Position numbers and translations under genes: made by a program. Of a stretch of DNA of 64,000 bases, positions 53,999 through 64,000 are shown piece by piece. The notes beneath the pieces are model-generated. The model saw nothing but the letters and a program-made list of their open reading frames with translations, ran no database searches and was not told where the DNA came from. Source of the stretch: Paraspadella gotoi (taxonomy: Eukaryota > Animalia > Chaetognatha); contig CM119269.1 of the NCBI GenBank assembly GCA_051294375.1, forward strand, positions 11,576,883 to 11,640,882. Reading direction: 5' to 3'. Every line of letters starts with the position of its first letter. The stretch's first letter is position 1.

Positions 53999-54757
53999 GA
54001 CGGCGTAAGCGCCTTGGGGGCGTCGAAAACCCTCAAGCCTGGTTCCAAAGCCACATAGCTGCCTAGAGGGGGTTAAAGGAAGTTACGGATAGTCATCTTT
54101 CAGCCCACTGAGCGCCTTATCCACAGAGAAGTGTTTGAAGTGTGATAATTCTGAGCATTGTTGTGAAGGAGTTTAAAACGGGAGAAGCTGTGGAAATGTT
54201 AGGAGAGTTAAAAAAATATGAAGTAGGCAAGAAAGTGTTAACGAGATGTGGAACATATAAACAAAAGATTAGTTTGGAGGAGGCACGAAAAAAATTATGA
54301 GTGAGGAGAAGAAGATTGAAGACATAAGAATGCTTGATTGTAGAAGAGGGAGGAGAAGAAGAAGAAGAATAAAAAAGAAAAGAAAAAAAGGCAAAGAAAA
54401 TCAAAAAAGAAGAATAAAAAGAAAAAGTACAATAAAAAAATAAGGAGCATGGTTAAAAAAAAAGAAAACAGGACAAGGAGGAAAAGCGAAAAAAGAGCAA
54501 AAAAGAAAAGGGAAAATAATAAAACAACGTTTGAGCAAACAATTGCCGGATACTTGCCCACGAGTCACTTCGCGAGGTAAGCAGCTAATCAGATAATTAA
54601 TTAATTAAATTAATTAATTAATATTATTTTTTTTATTTGTGTCAAAATCGTTTTCCACTTTGTCTCGCCTCTCAATCACAAACAACAATCTCGATCACAA
54701 AATTAAATAATAATTTATTAAATGCAGGCTGGAATTTACATTTAATTATAAAAAACT

Positions 54758-56232
54758 AAACAAGTTTGAGCAAACAATGTCGGATCTGCCTACGATAATT
54801 AAGCGGTTAATAAGCTAATCCGATGTAAATTCATTTGGTTAATTTCTGATTCTTAATTTGTGATTTATTAACAAATCATACAGACTACTTTAATAAATCT
54901 ATGAAAAATCTATAAATCAATTGATCTATCAATCATACCAGTAGCTGTGCCGAATACCAACTTGCATATAATTGGTCAACTTTCATTTAATAATTTCAAC
55001 TTGCATAATTTAAATCTACTGGCATTAATTTGAATCAATTTACGTAATTTTAGTCAACTGGCATTTAATTTTAGTCAACTGACATATATTTGCTCAACTG
55101 CAAAATTGTGTCAACCGGCGTAAATTGGGTTCTATTCTAGAATAAATTTGCTTCAAATCATCAGAGAGAGGATAGAACGAAACAATTTTAAAAATTGACA
55201 TAAAATGCTGTCTTTTCGTTATCGGTTTTTTAAACTTCTTTTCCACGTCCAACGATTCCATCAAAAACTTATATCCAGCTTAATGTCATGGTTAGTAACT
55301 ACCCCCACACAAAATTTCCTTTTAATTTATTTATCAATTTTTAATAAATATAATTTAATTATTAGTAAGTATAAGTAAAAATGCTTTCAAGTAAATATAA
55401 AATTTGTTTCTTATTCGGATTTCTGCTGTACTGCCAGCAGATCTCGACTCTATAATTCACTTTTGTCGGTCCGCCCCCTCAATCTTGTTGGCATTCACTG
55501 TAATTCATGTCAGAACATTGAATTATGCATAAATTATGCAAATAAAAGAACGATTGACCGTCCGTTCGTCTGTCTGTCTGTCTGTCCTGTCCGTCCATCC
55601 CACTCTAGCCAAAAAACACCTTATCTCCGTGATTGGACTAAATGGATTGGAATAAAGATTTTGCACGTGTTGTTGGGTTAGGGAAGTGTGTGTATTGAGC
55701 TGGATATAACAGTTTCGATGGAATCGTGGTGAGTGGAAATGAGTTTAAAATGGGAAAAAAATTTTAGATATATTTCCACTTATATTTGGAACACCAATTA
55801 CTCATGCAAGTAGAAGGGGCGATCTGACTTTGAAATTTGTATTTGGATAGAAAAGGTGTGATTAAACTGAAACAACGTTTTGCATGGTCAATCGTTTTTA
55901 AATGTTAAATGCAAGATGTATTAATTTCATCAATAATTAATCAGTTATTTAATCAATTAGTCATTAATTATTCAATTAGTCAATTAATTAATCCAATGCA
56001 ATTAACTTAATCAGTCAATGAATGTGCTACCAATTAAATTAAATAATTAACTTTGAATAAATTAAATATTAATTAAATAATCTAATTTCAACTTAAATTA
56101 AAATTAATTATTAACTTAATCCTAACTCTTGAATTAATTAATTATTAATTAATCTAATTTCTATTTAAACTCATTCAACTCACACGATCTAGTTAGCGTA
56201 GTTAAATAATAATTATTAATTTGATCCGAAAT
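54758..56232. mobile_element. Two HINE halves in opposite orientation (3' part on minus, 54758 to about 55400; 5' part on plus, 55411 to about 56232)
   Basis: AAACAAGTTTGAGCAAACAATGTCGGATCTGCC at 54758, and CAGCAGATCTCGACTCTATAATTCACTTTTGTCGGTCCGCCCCCTCAA at about 55435. Another 3'-end relic lies at about 54523. Confidence 0.75.
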
Positions 56233-58344
56233 GTTATTACCTAGGGATATGAAAAACTAAAATATCGATTGCCCAGGTTTTTTCCCGTCCGAGCCTGTTT
56301 ATAATACGACCGAAAGTCAAATAAATTGCCCCAAAAAATTCAACACATATTGCGGCCCAATCGAGCCTTTTGTTTGCCAAAACTAAAGTAAATCGTTCGC
56401 GATAAAAAGACTCACTAATCTGTTACTTTTGCTTCATCAATCTGTTTATCTTATTTGATTTTTCCTCTGAAAGAATTGCAGACTGGTTTTGACTCTTGGG
56501 AATAATTAAAAGTGTTTCCTACTACAAATTGAATTAGTTTTACTTCTTTTATTCTCAATGTATTAAAGTACATTATCAAACAAATAGAGAAAACTCTTAC
56601 ATATTATACTAAAACTATCTTTCACAACTCAACTCAATTCAAGACAAACAAGTCAATTGATAGATTGAAACGCTGTTGGCCTTCCCTGCGAAACTCTCCA
56701 GCCAAAGCATGCTTTCAATATCAACTTCTTAGAACCCAGGCTGTTCAGTGACAGCTATTCGGCCAATGATATTGGACCCTCTTATACTTGCCACACTTTT
56801 TTGGTAAGCCGACGACGAATCCAACCAAAACCTTCAAGCAAGCGGGGGTTCAAGGGAGGATCCAACTATCTCTCATGGTAAGATTGGCATGGTACATTTG
56901 GAAAATTAAGCGCTAATCATCCAATTTCGCTAACGCTTTATCCATCAACCCCATTTACCCGCTATCAACCCTCACGGACGCCACCGCCGGCTAGGAGCAA
57001 CGCTACCGACTCAGATCCACTCCACAAGAGATCGCCGACGAGCAACGGGCGAAGCAAGCCACTCTTCCAAGCGTTCCCATTTGGCTTTGGCACGAGGGCG
57101 CGCGATTTCAAGAATCTACCATCTCCCAACTACGCGACCGTCACTCAAATTTTCGAATTCCAAGGATCAAGCGCCGCCAACTTTCGAAAACGCGTCATGC
57201 GCGACCGGCGGCGACCCGAGGAGGGAGCTGCGCGGCGAAAATAGAACTTTCGCGCCGCCGCCAAGCAACTCCGGAGCACTCAACGAGCGTCAAACAGAAG
57301 CTGGATTTACCGACTTCGACAACGACGAACATCGAGGTTGTGGATTAAGCGGTAAAGCCGCTTACACCCCGCGCCGGGATAACCGGCCGCCGACAAAACA
57401 AGGTGTTGCCCATCTAGAACTCAAAGATCCGGCAGTCAACGTCGAAATTCCTCAGAATGTAAACCAATACCTGTTCGGCGAAACCACGGAGGGCGACATG
57501 AAGTTCCAATTTCTGCAATATAAGAAAGGCAGTACGGAGCACCTATCGCGTGTCGACAGCAGGCTTGCCGCACCTCCTCGACACCGCTCGACACTCGATG
57601 CGCATCCAAACCGTCCGAAAAATGTTAGCTCAATTGAGGAGAAGTACGAGGGCACCCTTCACTGTCGACAGATATTTTAGAAAAGAGAAAATTCTAAGGA
57701 AGTACCGCCGCCAATCTTGAAGACAAGCGCAGGAAGATATTGTCAGCCAGTGAACCTCTAGTAAATTGGCGGAGTCCCATGCACTTACAACCATGAAAGG
57801 CCAAGCTCAAAATCCGCCATAACGGCCTCAAACTATCAGCAACAGTCGACCACGCAACGAGATTTTGTTCAACCATCGTCATTCTGACGACGACGACGGC
57901 AATTAACGCCCTGATCCAAAAATAAAAAACTCCAAGCGGCTAAACGTAGGTATCTCCTAATTAGCTGCTACCGAACAGAAAATCTCTCTCTTGTAAGTTT
58001 CCTCACCCTACGAATTCCACACCAATCCATGACACCCTTACCCCTCCAGTCCCCAAAATAGAGATCGTCCCCTCATCACCCCGTAGAGGAGAACGATCCC
58101 TCAACACCCCAAAGGTAATACCGTTTCCTCAACACTCCAGAGAGGAGAGCTACCCCTCACCATCCAAAAGTTAACATCGACCCATCAACACCCCAAAGTT
58201 AAGCCCGACCCCTCGACACCCCACCTTCCAACGGCCGAAGGTCATTGACGAGGGAGACTCGAGGGAAAAGGAATTCGCGTTAAGAAGAGAATGAGTTTTG
58301 ATCTCTGCGAAGTTTTGGAGCAACAAAAGATCAAACAACGATAA

Positions 58345-58433
<89 letters not shown>

Positions 58434-58842
58434 AAAGGAGAAAGAGAGACAGAAAAAAGTAAGAAAAAGAAATAGAGAGCGAGAGAGACAGAAGGACCGT
58501 CACCAAAGAGTCTCTGTTGGGTCAAGATTCCTGACGCCGTCACAGACTAGAGACAGAAGAAGAGGAGGAGGAGGAAGAGGAGGGGGAGGAGGAGGAGAAA
58601 CTCAGGGGGGGCGAAACTAGACAGAGAAAGGAAATTGGTAGCAGAAGTGTCTTCGTCGTTATGAGGATTCCTGACGCCGTCACAGACTAGAGACAGAAGA
58701 AGAGGAGGAGGAGGAAGAAGGAGGGGAGGAGGAGGAGAAACTCAGGGGGGGGCGAAACTAGACAGAGAAAGGAAATTGGTAGCAGAAGTGTCTTTCGTCG
58801 TTATGAGGAGTTTATGAGGAGGAAAGGGGAATTATTATTGGC

Positions 58843-58886
<44 letters not shown>

Positions 58887-59259
58887 CAGAGAGAGAGAGA
58901 GTTCGGCAGATGAGAGAGAAGAGAGAGACTCTGNNNNNNNNNNNNNNNNNNNNNNNNNTGGTTTCGGCGATGAGTTTCGGTGCCTACCGTTCGAGGAAAA
59001 GAGGAGGAAATGAGAGGAAGAGAGAAGAAGGGGGAGAAAGGGGAAGGAGGAAGAGGGGATGGTGAGCTTTGTATGACGTGGTCCCTCTGTTGGACCGCAA
59101 GAGGAGAGATGTAATTTTGGCAAAAGTGAAACTGGTAACGGTCAGGGCCTTGGGATGAGATTTTTTCATGAGAACAACAGAAACAAATGACTAAATTTAC
59201 AAGTATGTCATCCTTCAGAATCGTCTTCCCCAGGGGCGGTGCTAGGGGCGCGGGGCGGC

Positions 59260-59406
59260 CCCGAGGGGCAGGCAAATCCTTACCGCCTAGGGGCAGCCTC
59301 TTTTTTTGGGCCCCAAAGGGCCACTCCAGGGGGAATCTCCCAGGGGTTAGAAAAACCATTCCCCTTAGGGCCACTCCCAGGAAGGATGAATTTGCCTGCC
59401 CCCTGG
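59260..59406. mobile_element. Short GC-rich inverted-repeat element (duplicate at about 48728-48877)
   Basis: GGGGCAGGCAAAT ... ATTTGCCTGCCCC inverted pair. No TSD found. Confidence 0.5.
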
Positions 59407-61927
59407 AACGGCTCTCTCTCTTTCTTATCTCTCTCTCCCTCTTCTCTCTCTCTCACTCTCTCCCTCTCTCTCTCTCTCTTTCTATATCTCTTTTCTTTTT
59501 TCATCTTTCATTAAAATAAAATATAAAAATAAAGTAATATTTTTTACTTCAATTAATCAATCAATGAACCAATAGCTGTAACAATACCAACTTGCATAAT
59601 TTGGTCAACTTGCATAATTTTGTCAAATGACATGATTTGGTCAAATGACATAATTTGGTAAACTTTCATAATTTACTAAACTTTCATAATTTGGTAAACT
59701 TAACTAGCATAATTTGGTAATTTTTTTTATAATTATGTCAATTTGCATAATTTGGTTAACCTTCATAATTTGGTAAACTTTTATAATTTGGTAAACTTTC
59801 ACTCTCTCTCTCAAACCGTCAGCATCTCCTCAACAACGTGAGTTCGTCTGACGCAATCTACAAACTGACGGTTATTAATTACAAATCTTAAATCTGTTAT
59901 TCCTTAAAATCATAAACACAACGAAAAAGAAAGAATCATAACAAAATCTTAAATGAAAAAAAATTTATTTCACAATGTGGAACTTATTTAATGTTTATCA
60001 TGTGGAAGACGATGCCACGAGACAATTTGACTCTGTCTTCTGTCTTGTCGACACATATATGCCATACTGTTCCGAACTTCGGATCGGCTGTTTAGTCCGT
60101 CACTACAGGCTGGGTTAGACGCTACACTCCCCACTACGCCTAGGCATCACACACCGCGCAAGTGTGATGGCTATGATGCACGCGTTTGCGCCGAGCACTC
60201 TAGTGAGAGGGCTGCCTATTCCTGCTCCACTGTCTTTCGACTCATTACGGATGCGTCTGAGCTCGGACACGCAGAGCGCCGGGTCGGTACTCTATCATCC
60301 ACTGCCCTCGTGGCAGACGGTAGTATTAAGGCCTATTACAATCAAGATGGACGCAGGGGATCACCAACCAAAAAAATTGCTAGAAACCTATTACCATCAC
60401 TTTACTCGTATCACTTAAATACATTCTATCTCTACATGCCTTGTCAAAGCACGTTTTCCTATTAACAACGTGATTATAATCTCGAAAGAACTTTTCTGCT
60501 ATATAAAAAATTTAGCAGCCAAACATATTTTTTGTTTCTGATGACAATACTGTGCATCTTTCCAAGAGAAAATAATTTTTATAATGTAAGCTAAATTTCC
60601 TACAACCAAATCTTTAACTTAAACTGATTCTTTACAGTAAGCTCAATTTCTACTTCTTCTTTGGTACAATTTACATACTTGGAGTTGTATCACTAATAGT
60701 CTAAAATAAACTACTCTACACATTTTCCAAATGGGTTTTTATGTTTTTATGAGTTTTATGAGTTAAAAAACTTATCAAAATTTATTTCAATTTGACTTTT
60801 TACTTTATGTAAATGTTTTATATCATAAAATAGTTGCCTCTATTTCTTACGTGAATCTCTGCAATGCTCATCTCTCTATATCCACTCTATACTATCGCTC
60901 CGTCCGTGCCATTGGCCATGATCGTCTAGTCTCTGCTCATAATCGCGCCTGCATACCTGATCGAGCTCGTCCTCATAAGCGCTTTACCACTCAGGTGCGG
61001 ACGAACCGATTTAACCTTCTCAATAAAACTCGATACGGTAAGTTCCAACGGAAACGCAATAGATACATATCTTCCATCCTGTCGCTCTAGTCTCAAACAC
61101 CATGGACACTCCTTCTTTGAAGGTACACTCGACTCTATACGACATTCCTACGCTCTGCGACGCGTGCACCAGCTCTGCTCCTAATGAAATGGCACAAGTG
61201 GGATTCTATGAGCGCGACTGCGTGAATTTATCTCTGCGCGTCAAAGCGACTGATCTACATAGATCGCTGTCTTCTCTCTCCGCTCTATACTCTGCCAAAG
61301 ATAATCAGGGACATTTCATCCCACAAAATTGATACTATAAATACATCAATATTTTCTTGAAGAAGGCAACATTTTGTATACGATATGACTTTTCATAGAA
61401 TTGCCCGTAGTTCATGATCCTAGGGTAAATCATCGCCAAACTTCTCCGATGACCGAACCGGTCCCATTACCGTTTGGGCTGCAACTCTTCATAAATAGAT
61501 GTATTCTGTTTATTTTTACGAAAAAAAATCCGTAAAAAAACGATGAGCCTTCTGAAAAAATAGTAAAGTGAATACACTTTCCGGAATCGTCAGGAGCCTC
61601 TCCATTTTTCCGAAATCCGAGCTCGGTTTTAGCCTGAAATTCATAATCTCCTGAATTTGGTCAGTCACTTGGAATCAATATACCTTCCGAGCGTCTCTGA
61701 GATAGTATCTCTGGCTCCGCTGGCCTACAGATCACACCGTAGCGCACTATCGAACCCCCGGATACTCACTCAGGCCACTCCTTGTTATCTTCAGCGAGTT
61801 CTCCTCGTCACGCCATGCCTCGTGCCTCAGCTGCCTTCCCTATCGCCATGATCTGATCCCCCATGGTCCACGTACTTTCTGATCCGATGGAGTGCCGTCC
61901 ACCTCTGTGACCATTTTACCGACCTTA

Positions 61928-62617
61928 TTAACGTGCCAGCGTGTTCGTGTGGTATCACCAATGTGAAAGATGATGCCGCGAGCAATTTACCGTCCGTTGC
62001 ACACAAGGTCCCGAACTTTGGATCGGGCTGTAGTCCGTCACTAAAGGTGGGTTAGACGCTCCATCCCGCTTTTACTTGTGTGAATCAGCAGGGCGCGAAC
62101 CCAAGTCCTTTGGGTTGGGAGGAGTTCGTGCTACCTCCAGCGCCATAGGTGCTGCTGATTCTCAGACGAGTAACGGGGTATGAAATACTACCGCTACCCA
62201 TCCCCCCCTAGGCATCACACACCCGCGCAAGTATGATGGCTATGATGCACGCGTTGTGCCCGAGCACTCTAGAAGGGGCTGCCTATTCCTGCTCCCGTCT
62301 TCACACACGATGGTCGAGGGCAGAGGTGTGTTAACATGCCCGGGCAGAGGTGTATTAACGTGCCAGCGTGTTCGTGTGGTCTCACCAATGTGAAAGACGA
62401 TGCCGCGAGCAATTTACCGTCCGTTGCACACAAGGTCCCGAACTTTGGATCGGGCTGTAGTCCGTCACTACACTACGCCCCGTCCCGCTTTTACTTGTGT
62501 GAATCAGCAGGGTGCGAACCCGAGTCCTTTGGGTTGGGAGGAGTTCGTGCTACCTCCGGCGCCATCGGTGCTGCTGATTCTCGGACGAGTAACGGGGTAT
62601 GAAATACTACCGCTACA
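61928..62617. repeat. Cleanest copy of the 427-bp structured tandem repeat (about 1.6 units)
   Basis: TTAACGTGCCAGCGTGTTCGTGTGG recurs at 61928 and 62355, a period of 427 bp. Confidence 0.93.
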
Positions 62618-64000
62618 ATCATGAATTAAAAATCTTGATGAATAGTTTTGTTGTTTTTTTGGGGGGACTCCATAATTCACTAAGTAGGTCTGTTGGTCAC
62701 TGCCCATTATTTGTTTGGTGATTTATTTAATTCCTCTTTGAACAGCAAATTATGAATGTTTTTTTTTTTAATTATGTCTCTCTGTATCAGTTCATCAGTA
62801 TGTCCTTCAAACAAAAGAGAGAAAAGGGTTACCCCCAGGGGCAGACTTTTTAGAGCCACCCCGCGGGGCGGAGGATTTGGGAGATAACTTTTCTCAAATT
62901 TATGATAAAATTATTAATCTATTTTCTTCTCTCCCTCCTTTCCTCAATTCTTACTTTTTTCAATCTTTAGATCCTCTCTGGATTACTTCTTTCCATGCTA
63001 TCTTCCTCCTTCTTTCCTTGCTCTTTTCCTTTCCTTACTCCCTTCCCTTCCTTTTCTCCCTTTCTTTTCTCCTTTTTCTTCCATTCCTACCTTTCCTTCC
63101 ACCCTCCTTTCCTCCCTCCCATTCCTTCCTTTCCTCCCTCCCATTCTTCCCTTTCCTGTTTCCCATTCCTCCCTTTCCTCCCTCCCATTTCTCCCTTTCC
63201 TTCTTCCAATTCCTCCCTTTCCTTCTTCCCATTCCTCTCTTTCCTCCCTCCCATTCTCCCCTTTCCTTCTTCTCATTCCTCCCTTTTCTCCCTCCCATTC
63301 TTCCCTTTCCTTCTTCTCATTCCTCCCATTCCTCCTTCCCATTCATCTCTTTCCTTCTTCCCATTCCTCCCTTTCCTCCCTTTCCTCCCTCCCATTCCTC
63401 TCTTTCCTTCTTCCCTTTCATTTTTTCTCTTTTTTCTTTCCTCTCAATTTTAATGCTTCTTTTCCTCCACAGACTCCGGCTCGTCATCAAGGGGCGTGGC
63501 CTCTCCCAAACTCGCTTGAGAAACAATGAAAGAAATGGGTGAAGAAGAAGAGGAAAGGGACAGGGAGATTAGGGGGAGGAGGATGAGGAGGAAGGGGAGA
63601 GAGAGAAAAGGGGAAGGAGGAAGAGGAGGGGGAGAAAATGGAGAGGGAGAGTAGGGGAGGAGGAAGTGGAGGAAGAGAGAGGGGAGAGGAGGAGGAGGAG
63701 AAGGAAGAGAAAGATTAGAAAATAGGGATTTAGGAGAAGATTAATTGAAGACCGGAGTGTGGAAGAAGTGTTGAAGAAGGAGTGTGATAATGGGAGAAAT
63801 GTGAGAATACAAGTTTAATAATGGGTAAAGCGTGGAAGAAATCTGAGTTGGGATAAGTACAGAAGGAATGTGAGAGTGGCAGATAAGCGGAAAGAGTAGG
63901 ATAATGTGAGCGAGCTAAAAAACAAGTTTGAAAGAAAGAATGTAGTCGGGCATTGCAAAGTTCACCCCGCCTCTAAGCATGGCACCTTCAGTCGTGACCG

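Larger units (their letters stand above)
47185..64000. repeat. Direct duplication of about 5.7-6 kb (47185 to about 52890 vs 57993-64000)
   Basis: Collinear copies. 60040-61930 is an insertion-riddled version of 49520-50780. 25-N gaps at 46989 and 58934. Confidence 0.92.

Noticed and set aside
54025-54078. GGTTCCAAAGCC...GAGGGGGTT as a twister-like motif
   Set aside because: The UAA cleavage loop and P2 are missing. It is more simply explained as SINE body.
62060-62185. Minus-strand ATACCCCGTTACTCGT resembling the Drosophila DINE-1 terminus
   Set aside because: It lies inside the repeat unit, with no matching second subTIR, microsatellite or TT target, so it is treated as coincidence.
62163-62200. 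CAGACGAG...GAAATACTA as a variant hammerhead in the 427-bp unit
   Set aside because: U4 is absent in both variants (CAGACGA, CGGACGA), stem II is weak, and no stem I can form.
62318-62400. GCAGAGG...TTAAC..GCC as a twister ribozyme
   Set aside because: The P2 strands are not complementary and no UCCCAAGC-type L4 loop is in register.

Overview
AT-rich animal genomic DNA, dense in (CT)n/(GA)n microsatellites and nested transposon relics. The only confidently recognised host coding sequence is an exon of Sine oculis-binding protein (SOBP; minus strand, 1-198). The rest is probably its upstream intron or flank, with a speculative first exon near 23.6 kb. The best-defined element is a 5'-truncated Penelope-like retroelement (PLE; RT plus C-terminal GIY-YIG endonuclease, 514-6448). 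It has inverted pLTRs that each carry a hammerhead ribozyme core and an unusual KADD RT active site, and it is interrupted by a hAT MITE and a long-TIR element. Also present are further pLTR/hammerhead relics, many DINE-1/Helentron-like elements, several MITE classes, a LINE fragment, a probable tRNA-SINE and a 68-bp satellite. A 427-bp tandem repeat with strong predicted RNA structure resembles a retrozyme but has no recognisable ribozyme core. Three multi-kb duplications with indel-type differences lie next to 25-N gaps and are probably long-read gap-filling artefacts. Nearly all ORFs in the supplied track are microsatellite noise. All alignments and base-pairings were read by eye; no searches were run.
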